From Mobula hypostoma (Eukaryota), in contig NC_086109.1 in NCBI RefSeq assembly GCF_963921235.1, forward strand, positions 15,750,001 to 15,814,000: 64,000 nucleotides of DNA, in the 5' to 3' direction. The notes beneath the pieces were generated by a model. It was not told the DNA's origin. It was given only the letters and a program-made list of their open reading frames with translations, and did not search any database. The translations under genes and the position numbers were made by a program. Numbering within the stretch: position 1 is the first letter of the stretch; each line of letters starts with the position of its first letter. Positions 46,944 to 58,840 of the stretch are shown piece by piece.

Positions 46944-49345
46944 TGGTATGATTTGTACTTCCAAAGCATAAAACAGATTAAAAGAAAAAACGCAGAGCCA
47001 GGAAATAACTTCTGTACTTCGTTTCTACTTTAAGCATAGTGCACATGCATGACACGGTGGTGTGATAATGCATACCATTGACGTACTTTTACATATAACA
47101 CATATTGAATTATTTAAATCAACAAAGAATGCTTAATCAAGAACATATTTACAATATTACTCAAATATTAAATACACAACACTCCTCCCTGCTTAGCTAT
47201 AAACTCCAACTCAATACAGAATGCATATCAACTATGTACAGAGTGCACGATGTAATGCAACTTCTGTACTGCGTGGATGTTCACAGTGTAGTAAATTTTA
47301 AATTGTCCTATTCAGGCCAAAAGATTTATTTTCTGTGGAGTCTTTCTTATTTTTGTGGGATAACTTCTTTCCTAACAGCGGTGGGGTGGGGGGGTGGGGT
47401 CACTATGTTTGCTGGTTGAGACTTGTGGGTGTGAAACAACCTCAGGTCTGGGGCCTCCTCTGTGGCGGTTTGTAGGAGTTGACTCTGGGACTGCAGGAAG
47501 TGACTCTGATAGCTCTGGCCACCTTTTTTCTCTAACAATTGACTCTCCTCTCCTCAACTGATCAATGTGTCATCTCCAGATGACATCAGACGCAATATCC
47601 ACTGTGTAGGGGAGTAGTGCAGTTCTGTCCTTCACCTTTCTGAGTACCCACTTTTGATCACCTCCGTAGTCCTGTGCCAGGATGGCTTGTCCAGGAGTGA
47701 AACTTTGAACCTCCTTGTTTGAGAATCCTTCAATTTGTCTCAGCTGTTTGTCCCGAATAGTCCTTCTGAGATTGGGTTTGAGGAGAGACAAGCGTAAATG
47801 CAAGGGGCGACCCAGGAACAGAATAGCTGGTCAGTTGTTGGTTGTGGGGTGTGCTGCATTACGATATGCAAGGAGGAAATTGGCGAGCTTCTGGTTTAGT
47901 GTTAGAGTAGTGTGTTGTGCTGACATTGCTTGCATGGTGTTCTTTAGATTGTGGACAAACCTTTCTGCCAATCCATTTGTAGCTGGTTGGTATGGTGCAG
48001 ATGTAATATGTCTTATTTCAGTTATTTTTATGAATGACTGAAACCACAATCCATTATTACTGACACATCAACATTGTGCAAGACTGTAGTGAAGCCTATT
48101 GAAAAATCTTCTGGCCACTTCATAGCTGCATCTACAAATACTAAGAAATTTGTAGAAAATCCACATGATTTCTCTGCTAGGGCAATGCAGGGCATGTTGA
48201 CATCCTGAACAGTGCATGGCGATCTGCTTGATCTGCTGAATTATCCTAGACCACCAAACAAAGCTTCATCCCAGTGCTTTCATTTTGACTATGCCTAGAT
48301 GACCAGCTTGTAGCATCTCCTACACGAGCTCTCAGCTTGGATGGTGCAACAACTCTCAATCCCTTCATAAAGCATTCTTTGTCAAGGGCAAATTCACCCC
48401 GGTGCTGACAAAAATGGGGGAGCTGGAGTTCCTGCCGCACATTACAGCCAAGTTGGGTTGCAATGTAGACCTAAGACAGTGTGCAGTCTTTTCTGGTTTC
48501 TCTTTTGATCAACTCTGCTGAAATAGGGAGACTTTGCATTAGGAAGAATATGTTAAGGGGAGTGTGCTCTTCTGTAAATTTTACAAGTATTCACTTTTCT
48601 AGAGGTAAATAGGACAATCTATCAGCATTTCCATAATTAGTCGTCTTCTTGAATTCAATCTTGTAATTGTGTTCTCAAAGAAACAGAGCCCATCTCCGTA
48701 TGGTGCTGCTGCTGTTAGTGGATGGATTGAAAATGGGCCCTCGTGGTTGATTTTCAGTAACGAGGGTAAACTCTCTCCCATACAACTACTGTTGAAACAT
48801 TTTACACTTCAAACCTGACTCAAGGCCTCTTTAGCAATCTGTGTGCAATTTTTTTCTCTGCAGCAACAAGGGAATGTGATGCAAAGGCATTCACTTCCTT
48901 CACTAATAACATGTGGCCTGACATGACTGCACCTATACCATAATGTGAGGAGTCAGAGGCAAGCTGCTCTGGATAATGTGGATCATAATGCAGGAGTACA
49001 GTGTCTGACGTCACCATTTCCTTTACCTTTTTGAAAGCCACCTCACACTGCAACTCTCGAATTTTTATCTCTTTCTATTCTATGTGCAGTCCATTTATTT
49101 TTGTATGTTTCCTTCTTTGTTGCATTTTCTGCAAATTGCGGTTTTAAATCTGCATTGGTCTGTTGTATGTGAGCCCCTGCCACAGTGGTAACACAACTTG
49201 TTTGGCCACGCTGGTTTCTGTTTAGATGTTGCAGTTTTGTTCGCGCTCACTTTCGTTCCTGACTGCAACTCAAGTTCATCTCTATCTACTGTTTCCATTG
49301 ATACAGCTATTTCAACTGCTTTTTTAAAAGTAAATTCTAAATGTA
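46944..49345 (-). mobile_element. Decayed Gypsy retrotransposon (K02A2.6-like): gag CCHC, RNase H, integrase, PPT, 3' LTR
   Basis: Gag knuckle CYHCGRGSHTTDQC; LLHYDP..LASDSSHYGIGAV (RT/RNase H); integrase SAPYQPATNGLAERFV and FLLAYRN. PPT AGGGAGGAG (47182-47190) abuts the LTR at ~46944-47181. Large internal deletions. Confidence 0.9.
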
Positions 49346-49349
49346 ACTT

Positions 49350-49464
49350 GCCTCTATTGCTACAGCTGCAGCTGGATGCACTTCTCACAGTTGAAGTCAT
49401 CAGGAACACTGGAAATCTCCCAGCCTTCCCACAACAAGAGCATTCAACTATCCTGCCTGGCATC
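49350..49464 (-). mobile_element. CR1 ORF1 start (zinc-finger region); probable 5' UTR continues at ~50300-50500 beyond the RTE insertion
   Basis: MPGRIVECSCC then, after a frameshift, VPDDFNCEKCIQLQL, which resembles the CR1 ORF1 N-terminal Cys motif. Confidence 0.6.
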
Positions 49465-50298
49465 TGTACTGTCCTGTCTAGGTACCATATCCGATGCAGA
49501 CTTTGGTGACCATGGTTTTCCATATAGATCTATCCTTCGTTTTTTGGATGACTTCCATTTCCTCGATATGTAGCCACCTGGCTATGCTTTTGATGTACGT
49601 AAACCGAGCTCTTCCTCTAGGTTTACTCTCCTCAATCTTTCCAGAGAGTATGAGGTTTCTAGTTCATCTTTCCGTATGATGTGTCTTAGGAATTTGAGTT
49701 GTCTTTCTCTTATTGTTGGTATGAGTGATCGAACTGCTTGGCCTCTTCTGAGAACTTCTTCATTTGATGTGTGTGTGGTCCATGACATTTTTAACATTCT
49801 CCTGTAGAACCATAATTCAGCTGCTTCTAGTCTCTTTTCCATTGGTGGAGAAATGGTCCAGCATTCATTTCCATAAGTCAGAATAGAAAAAATGTAACAC
49901 TGCAGTATTCTGTTTTTAGTGTGAGTACTCATCTTTCTGTCTGCTAATATTGTCTTAATTTTTTGGAAAGCTTCTTTCGCCGTTGCTATTCTGTATTTGA
50001 TATCTGTGTCGCACCTGCCATTACTTGTTATTAGGCTGCTAAGATATTTGAATTTGTTGACTTGTTTAATGTTTGTATTTCCGATCTTGATCACACATTG
50101 TGGGATGTTTGTCTTTCTGGAGATGACCATGCTTTCTGTCTTCTTGGTGTTGATTGAGAGGCCTCTGCGTTTACTTTCCGCTGCCACTATAGAGAGTAGT
50201 TCTCGAAGTTTTGTTTCTGAGTCAGCTATTAGTATGATGTCATCAGCATATCTGATGTTATTCATATTATGGCCTCCAATTGTGAATCCTTTGATGTC
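49465..50298 (-). mobile_element. RTE-clade LINE, 5'-truncated (RT domains 5-7 and C-terminus)
   Basis: GFTIGGHNMNNIRYADDIILIA, GLSINTKKT, FKYLSSLI, LTYGNECWT, RLEAAELWFYRRMLKMSWT..SNEEVL, RERQLKFL.HIIR; about 200 codons uninterrupted. Confidence 0.92.
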
Positions 50299-51234
50299 TG
50301 ATACTTCTCAAGGAGAAGTCCTAGGAGAGCAATTATAAAGAAGGGAAAGATAAAAAAACCTAATGTAGAACTTTTCTTTTCTTTGCTTTCTCTGTCTGAA
50401 GCCTCTCTTCATTGAAGTCTCAAAGAGCTAAAGCCTCAAGGTTACCACTTTGACTCTGTCACTCAGACGATGGCCACTGCTCTTGTCCCTGCTCCTTTAA
50501 TTTGTTCTTGCTAATCAATCCCAAACACAAGTTGGTCACTGGTCAAAGCTCTTTTTCACTGTAGTGACCTGCCACTGCCTTTTCTACTGAGGCAGCAGAC
50601 CTGAGTGAAATCCCCTCGTCTCAAAACCTCTAATGTCCGGATAAGTTATGCTTCAGTTAGGAGGCATTTTTGAGTGCTTTCTTGTAAGATTCTACAAATG
50701 AAACAATCTTTCAGTGCAGCAGGAAGCCAATTACTGAACTGACAATGCTCAGACAATCTCTTTAATTCAGCCACATACACTGAAATGGACTCCCCTTCCT
50801 TTTGATTCTAGTTATGAATCCTAAAGTGTTCTGCAATCAACAATGGCTTTGGTTCTAAACGTCCATGCATTACTTTCATGATATGAACAAAGCTTATTTT
50901 GTCTGGTTTGGTTGGAGCAGTTAAACTTAGAAACAAACTGTATATCTTTAAAGCAAATACACTCAGCAAACTGACACTCAATTCCCATTGGCTATTCCAC
51001 TTGCTTTAAAATACTGCTCAATTTGCTCAGTATACAAAATCCAGTTATCTCTTATACAATTGAATGCATCTATCTTTCTGATGTAGCCAGCTATTTCTGC
51101 TCTTTTATTTTATTTATGATTACTATCACCCGGTACTCACTGTTAATGAACCTATGAATTTCTCCATTTACTTCCTTTTTTTAAACTCGACCGGTTCTGT
51201 CACTTCTGAAGAACACATGCTTCACCATTTTATT

Positions 51235-51810
51235 ACTCGACCTTTTCTTACTGATGCATGACTGCATTGCTGGATCCATTTCAAACCAACTCATCAAGTT
51301 TGCTGATGATACAAATGTGATTGCCCTCTTAAACAATGACAACAAGATGGCGTACAGAAAGCAAGAAGGCCAGCTGGTAGAATGGTATGAGCACAACAGC
51401 TTGAGTCTCAACATGGAAAACAGCTCCAACTGGAAACAATAGGGTCTTTTAAGAGACTCTTAAGTAGGTACATGGAGTTTAGAAGAATGGGGTGCCATGC
51501 GGTAGGGAAATTCTAGGCAGTTTCTAGAGTAGGTCACATGGGCAGCACAACATTGTGGGCTGAATGGCCTGTAATGTGCTGTAGATTTTCCATGTTCTAT
51601 GGAAAAGGCCAAAGAGATGATAGTGGACTTTAGGAAGGTGCAGACTGGCAGTCCTCACTGCACATGCATGGCTCCACCATGGAGAGAGTTAGGAGCACCG
51701 AGTTTCTAGGAATGCACTTTACAGACGATTTCGTCCAGCCCCTTTCTTGACCTTCCTTTGGTCAAGAAAACGCAGCAGCATCTTCACTTCCTGTACAGAA
51801 TGAAGTGAGT
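51235..51810 (+). mobile_element. Rex1 RT fragment split by a CR1 3' insertion
   Basis: HDCIA...LIKFADDTNVIALL...LSLNMEK, continuing as AKEMIVDFRK after 51600. Confidence 0.82.
51421..51598 (+). mobile_element. CR1 3' end with 8-bp TSD
   Basis: GGCAGCACAACATTGTGGGCTGAATGGCCTGTAATGTGCTGT...TGTTCT; ATGGAAAA duplicated at 51413-51420 and 51599-51606. Confidence 0.82.
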
Positions 51811-51870
51811 GAGGCTCCCTCCCACCTCACTCCACCCCACTATTTTAACCGATTTTTTAAGACTCGTTGC

Positions 51871-52065
51871 ATGTAGTGGCATGATCTCGGGGGTGGCACC
51901 CCCTCTCTGACCAAACTATAGCACTCTTGTTTAGGTGGATGCTGCGTGCTGTGTCCCCTGTTTAACATCAGTATCCCAAAGTAACATTCAAACCACAATG
52001 GGCGGTTAAACGATTAAGATTTTATACTTAAATATGGGGTTAGTAGAGAAACAAAAGAAAAGGAA
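51871..52065 (-). mobile_element. Partial LTR related to 22728-23376
   Basis: Starts TGTAGT and shares GTGGATGCTG and GGGTTAGTA.AGAAA.CAAAAGAAAAGG with the 22728 LTR. Confidence 0.55.
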
Positions 52066-53203
52066 GACAAATACTCATCCAGACACTCACCTCAGTGCTA
52101 AACTGACTCCACAGTTGTGGACTCACATTCGGGGACTATGCACTTCACATTCTATGTGTTATTTGTTTACTGTTTTCTTCTATTTGTATGACTTGTCCTC
52201 TTTTGCACGTTGGATATTTGTCGGTCTTTGTTGGGTGTGTTTTTTTTTAAGGATTCTATTTTTGTTTGGTTTTGTGAGTGCCTGCAAGGAGGTGAACCTC
52301 AAGGTTCTGTATGGTATACATACAGTACTTAGATAATAAATTAGAACTTTGAGGTGCGGTTTGGAGGTCTGTGAAGTTCTACATCAGTAAAGTCACACAC
52401 TAGACACTCTCATGCATCATTTAACCATACATTCACATAGAAAGATACTCAGACACATACATGTCTATAGTCACGTATTATATCTTGTTATTATCCTACA
52501 ACCATCAGGCTCCTGAAACTGACATGTTAACTTCACCCGCCTCAGCTCTGAACTGATTTTACAACTTATAGACTCACTTTCAAGGACTCTTTACAACTCA
52601 CGTTCTCAGTATTACTTTCGTATCTGCACAATTTCTCTTCTTTAGCCCTTTGGTTGTCTCTCAGTTTTTTTTTACATATAAGTTTTTTTCATAAATTTAT
52701 GTTATTTCTTAATTTTCCAGCAAACGCCTGCAAGAAAATAAACCTCAAGGCAGTATTTGGTAGCATGTACGTCCTTCGATAACACATTTTACTTTGACTG
52801 TGATTTGAGCTTTTGTCTTCTCCAGATACTCATGGGATGCCTACGGAAGAGGGGCAGGCTCACTGGCACTACCACAATAAAAAATATCTGAAGAGAGTGA
52901 TGAAAGGCACACACATACTGTAAGTCTTTTCCCATTATTTTAAGGGATTGAGGCTCCTCTACAAGTTGTCATATTTAATTGCTGCTGTGAGCCCTTATGT
53001 ACAGAACTGATTAGAGGCAGTGCAATAGGTCCTACAATACTGCTCTGTTCTTAAGGCATAGATGCACAAAGTCAGGTGGTCTCAGCTGATGGAATCTCTT
53101 GACGGACTTGACAAACCTTGTCTCAAGGGTAGGGGACGAGCCAATTCACGATGACTAATGTCTGAGCCTTGAATGTGCTCGGAGAGGGCAAGATCATACT
53201 TAC

Positions 53204-53271
53204 CTTAAAACAAAGGAGCCAACTCCATCAGTTACATAGGAATCTCTTTGGGTAAAGTTGAATCTAATTTC
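53204..53271 (-). other. Candidate 68-nt exon of an unidentified minus-strand transcript
   Basis: Acceptor CTGCTTTTCTTTTGCATTGGCTGTGTAG and consensus donor AAG|GTAAGT, in non-repetitive DNA. Confidence 0.5.
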
Positions 53272-54734
53272 CTACACAGCCAATGCAAAAGAAAAGCAGA
53301 TGACTTCTCAGAGATTGGTTGCTTCCCCCTTTAAGATTAAGAACCGCTTTCCTCCACCTGCCTAATCCCACAGAGACCCGCAACAATTGGGTTTTAGATT
53401 CTAAAATTATCGTTCACACCATGATTGTTTCCCTCTGAAAGGAAGAGGAAGGACTGGTAAATAATTGCATTTTATGTAACGTTTCAAGACTGAATGTTAT
53501 GTCAATTAAAAATAGAAAATACAAAAATACTTATACATCAGTTGTTCTGCAGTATGATAATGTTGGATCATGTTAATCCTAAAGCATTCCAATACATCAT
53601 ATGCATGTTGGCTAAAAATAAGTAATTTTCTTTTTGATTTGGCAAGTGCATCTTTTCTAGATTCTCAGAGCTTATAGAAGGAATCCAATCGGCCCAACAA
53701 ATCTATGGTATCTCTTGGGACTTCCTTATCATAACCATTCCCCAGTTCATTTCTCTACAATCTATTATCTTGCGTATGCCCATCTGTACCCTTTGATTCT
53801 CCTGCCCACCACCTACACAAGGGACAATTGCTTCATATTTGAGATGTGGAAGGAGACTAGATCATCTGGTCGAAGCACCTGCAGTCACAGGGAGAACGTA
53901 CAAACTTCACACAGGTAGCACCTTAGGTTGGGATCAAGGCCCAATGGTCAGAGCTGTAAGCAGCAGCACTAACTGCTGCACCGCTGTGCCATGGTTTGCT
54001 GTCCTAATTTCCATCACTTCTAAATTCTATTGGCTTCCACATTTCCTCTGTCAGAAACCTGCTGTATCTATGCCAAGTAATTGAAATTGATTTGGAGTAG
54101 ACCAGATCTAATGAGAGAGTAACCACTATGTGAAGGGCAGCTCACATTCCAGCACCAACATAGCATGCACACAATGCTCAGCAGAACAACACAGAACACA
54201 ACAAGCAACCAAACAACAACAGCAAAGCAAGCTCCTTCTCTCTCTTGCATTCATCAGGATACATAGCCCTCTAACCCGAAGATAGATTGACTCCTCTGCA
54301 GCAGATCTGGACGTGTAGATGTTGGTCCTTCAACTACCCAGTGGACTTGCAGAGATTTGTAGTCACGGGGCTCCGGGCAATGAGCCTCAATTTCTGAACT
54401 TCCAATTCATCCCTTGGGATTCTATCCTTGGATTAAATTAACTCCAGACTCCCTGATGAAGAGACCCCAAACACCAGGCCTTGAACTGTGGTCTCACCAA
54501 TTTGTGAACCCTGGGGGTCATCAAACTGCATTCCTCCTGCCTGCTTGGAACTCCTACTCCAGAATTTGCTGACAACATTGTGTTTATTAATAGCCTGGGT
54601 GAATTGGTTTTTAGTCAATGAGGAAATGAGGGGTTATGGAGATCAAGCAGGAAACTGGAACTGAACTATGGATCAAATGCACCATGATCTTGGTAGATGA
54701 CTGGACAGGTTCAAACTTCATCTGATGTAAATCA

Positions 54735-55070
54735 CAAACACAAGAAGTTCAGCAGATACTGGAAATCCGGAGCAACACACACACACAAATGCTGAAGGAA
54801 CACAGCAGGTCGGGCAGCATCAACTATTGCTGTTTCAGGCTGAGACCCTTCTTCAGGAGAGATATCTGAATTAAAAAGTAGGTTGAGGGGAAGGAGGCTA
54901 TCTGAAAGGTGATAGGTGAAGCCAGGTGGGTGGGAAAGGTCAAGGCCTGGAAAAGAAAGACTCTGATAGGAGAGGAGAGTGGACCACAGGAGAAAGGGAA
55001 AGGGGAGGAGGGAGCAAGGGGGAACAAATAAATAGGTGAGAAGAAATAAAAGGCCAAAGTGGGGGGATGG
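54735..55070 (-). mobile_element. Penelope-type repeat fragment
   Basis: CAGCAGATACTGGAAATCC...AAATGCTGAAGGAACACAGCAGG; minus strand CTGAAGA-A-GGGTCTCAGCCT-GAAAC at ~54856-54832. Confidence 0.6.
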
Positions 55071-56659
55071 AATTTTTCAGATTTATTTACAAATATTCAA
55101 TGCAAAATTCCACAATTTTTGACTGTTTTCAGCTCAACTCACCTCATATAGCATTGTTACAAATAGAGACCATTCAGCCCATGAATCCATGCTAGCTGTT
55201 TGTAAAGGCATAGAACAGTTCAGCAAAGTTCATCAGCTATCTTGTTGGTCTCTTCTGGAGCAGCAAGTTCTGGCCTTCAGAACTCAATAAAGCACTAGGT
55301 GCTGTCTTTATCAGAGAGTTAAGAGGAAATGAGATTTTCCAGACTGTGATAATGCATGTTTGCTCTCGTGTTCAAATGCCTTTTCAGGCTGTTGTTGGTC
55401 CAAGGTTAATGTGAGTGCCTCTTGTGCCTGTTAGTGGCTTGCTTCTCTGAGCCCAAATTGTAAATTAAATTGTTATAATTAACAGCTGGAGGAATCAGCT
55501 AGGCTGAACAAGCATGAAAATAGAGGAAGTGATTGAAGGATGTGAGGTAACAGGACTGTGCTGGGAAGAATGCAAAATGCATGCTATTATCACCTGCAAG
55601 AGGGTCAGAACTGGAGATGGTGAGTTTTGACTGAATTAAAACAAAATGGGATCTATATTCTGCTCAACCCTTGCCACTGTGGAGATTAAGATTGAGTGGC
55701 ATTTGGTTGACCAACAGACCATGGTCTATGCACCTGTGGCTTTGCACAGACAGCTCCAGTAGCAGAGCTAAGCCTTTCCATCTGCAATCAGTCAGAATTT
55801 CACCCAAAGTCCCAAGGAACCTGAAGAACTTTCATTAATTTTCAATCAGACCTGAGAAGATTCCCATGTTCATTTACATAAAAGATTTAAATGAAACAGC
55901 ATTAATATTCTGTTTTTTTAAGACCTCAAGAATTTTGCTACACATTAATAATGAATAAACCAAATTGCATATACCAAACACCCACATACAAAAATCCTTT
56001 GATGGCCAAATAATCTGTTCTAGATATTGGTGGGCAGATGAAAATTGCTCGGATCACCAGGGAGAATTTCCATTCTCTGCAAATTACATGGTAACTCTCT
56101 GTATGTGATCAGGACTACAGTGGCTTTGGAACAAACTGAGTCAGAGCAGGGTCATGGGGAGAATGTACAAACTCTGGGATTCGAGCTCCAGTCTCTGATT
56201 ACTGGCACTGTATGCTAAGCACCATTATACTAACCGGGATGTTACCATGCCGCCCCCAAGCTAATGCTTCAAAGTACGTGCATGGGGTCCTTTAGCATGG
56301 CTGGCATGGACAGGCAGACGTTGGTACTGCATCACGCAGCCTGTTCGCCCAGAGCACTCAAGTTTCCTAATTGGTCATGACCCTGCAATTTTCTGAAGCT
56401 GAGGTGATCAACTAGGCCACAGCTGGATCAAATTCAGATTTATTTGTCACAGGTACATTAAAACGTACAGAGAACTGTATTAACAACCAAACACAACCTC
56501 AGGATGTGCTGGGGGCTGCCCACATGTGTCCCTTCGTCTTCCAGTGCCAACATAGCATGCCCACAATGCTCGGCAGAACAACACAGAGCACAGCAAGCAT
56601 CAAAAGAACAATATAACAAGCCCATCTCCACTCTCCCACGCTCCCTCCCTGTCGCTCAC

Positions 56660-56694
<35 letters not shown>

Positions 56695-56808
56695 CCTCCA
56701 CCAGAAGAGGTTTCAGACATTGGGCCACAATTTCCAGACTTGTGTTTAACCTGCAGGCCTCCGGTTGAGCCAATGATGGGAGCCCAATGCCTTGAACTCT
56801 GAACTCAC

Positions 56809-56981
56809 CGACGCACCGGCCCTTGTGCGCCTTTCTGGCGTGGATATGCACTGACCTGGTATAACCTGACAACCATAGATATCCTTTGCTCCCATGTCCA
56901 CACCACTGGCCTTTGAGCACGAAGCATTGGTCTGGCCTCTGGATGCCTGTATACTGATGCCAAAAGAATGCAGAGTTACCT
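56809..56981 (-). other. Candidate 173-nt exon of the same minus-strand transcript
   Basis: Strong acceptor CTTTTCTTTTCCTTTCAG and donor TCG|GTGAGT; GC-richer than its flanks. Confidence 0.5.
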
Positions 56982-57689
56982 CTGAAAGGAAAAGAAAAGT
57001 GGAGGGGACTACTTCTCCTTGCTCCGTAGCAGCTCGCAGGATTGGCTGGTTCAGTGCTGTCCGTGACAACAGTTCTGGATCATTCAAGCAAAAATAAACA
57101 GGACAAGGACAGATGTGTTAGCTGCGTGAAGATGCTTTCCCTGCTGAACAATAAATATATTACTGCTCTGCAAGCCTGCTTAAGAAATACGAGAGCAATT
57201 TTTCCCACTGTAACTCGACACAGCAGAAGACTTTACATAAAGTGCTCAATTGTGTGTGGATACTGGCTAATGCATAATGTGCCGGTTCAACAGTTAAGAT
57301 CTCCCTTTATCACCATGAAAATTGGATGAGTCTGAGAAAATTGAATTGAAAAATGGTGCATGACTTGAAATCATAGCAGGTTGTTATATAAATAAACAAA
57401 AGCTATTAAAGAAGGTAAAGGCTTCTGCTAAACTAAAAAAGCTGAGAATTGTTGCAGGAAGAACATTAACCTTCTGTTTTATTTCTTCATAACAATATTC
57501 TTTCCCAAGCCTTTGGTCCTCCCAGGTGACCCTAAATAACCAACTTGGTCTCTGTCTATCCTTACCCAGTGCCAACACGTCTGGAGGTTTCTGCTGCCAG
57601 AAACCCATAGTCCTCTCCAGGTATTTCAGTGCATCTGCTGATTGAAGAGCTGTGTTCTGTCCGCACTCTTGTCCAGGTCCTAGAGCAAT

Positions 57690-58084
57690 CTTGTCAATCT
57701 GTTGTCATTCCACACCATGAGCCTCTGGAAGATCCTCTGTATTTTCTGGTCAAGAAAGATCCCCAACCACATCCTTGATGATTATGTCATCAAGAGGACG
57801 TGGCCACAATTGTCGTGAGGAAACCTTGGAGGTAGTTTCGGCATGTGATGAGAAGAGACATCAACTCCATCATCAAGGCAAGCACTTCAATGGACCCCTG
57901 AATGGCAGGAGGAAATGTGGGAGACCAAAGCCAACTTCGTGCTGTACTGAAAAAGGGAGAAATGAGTACTCTGAACCACAGCTGGGGCACAACAGAGAAG
58001 ATGGCCAAGGACAGACCGAGAGAGAGGTCTTTCATTGCTGCCGTAAGCAGCAGTGGTATAGTGGGCAGTAAATAAGTAAGTAAG
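57690..58084 (+). mobile_element. RTE-clade LINE 3' end (second, different family)
   Basis: HVMRRDINSII..ALQWTPE..RKCGRPK..; NHSWGTTEKMAKDR; (TAAG)n tail. Confidence 0.75.
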
Positions 58085-58299
58085 CTGATTGAAATAGTTG
58101 ATATTGTTGGATGGGCTTGTTCTGGGATGGGCTTGTTCTGGGATGGGTGAAGTGGGATCAGTTGGGAATGGGATAATTTTCTATGGCCTCACATAGCCAA
58201 TGAACAGTGGTTTGGATGTCCATCTTGTGAAGGAAAGAACAGAAATGGAGAGATAATATATACATTTTAATATTTTATATTAAAACATTGAAATTTTGA

Positions 58300-58840
58300 T
58301 TAGTCAATGGGTTGGGTTCAAGAACCATGAGGTAATGTTCCAGTTCTATAAAATCCTGGTTAGTCCACACTTGGAGCATCGTCTTCAGTTCTGGTCACCT
58401 TATTGTAGGCAGGCTGTTGAAGCTTTAGAAAGGATGCAGAGGAGATTCACCAGATACTGCCTAAATTAGAGAGCAAGATTGAATGAGCTGTCTCTCCTTG
58501 GAGTGAAGGAGGATAAGAAGTCATCTGATAGAGATTTATCAGGTGATAAGAGACATAGATGGAGTGGACTGCCAGCACCTTTCTCCCAGGAAGGAAATTT
58601 TAAGGTGATTGGAGGAAAGTCAGAGGTAGGATTTCTGACACAGAGAGTGGAATGTGCTGCCAGGAGTGATGATAGAGGCATATTTACAGACACTTAAACG
58701 ACTCTTAGATAGGCACATGGATGAAAGAAAAATGGAGAGCTATTTGGGAGGGAAGCGTCAGATTGATCTTGGAAGAGGTTAAAAGGTCAGCACACCATTG
58801 TAGGCCTGTTCTGTGTTGTACTGTTTACGTTCTGTGTTCA
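58300..58840 (+). mobile_element. Decayed CR1 3' region
   Basis: YKILVSPHLEHRLQFWSPYCRQAVEALERMQRRFT; tail TGTTTACGTTCTGTGTTC. Another decayed CR1 lies at ~59460-60040. Confidence 0.75.

Noticed and set aside
58109..58148. 16-bp direct repeat GGATGGGCTTGTTCTG
   Set aside because: A simple local slippage duplication with no further structure.
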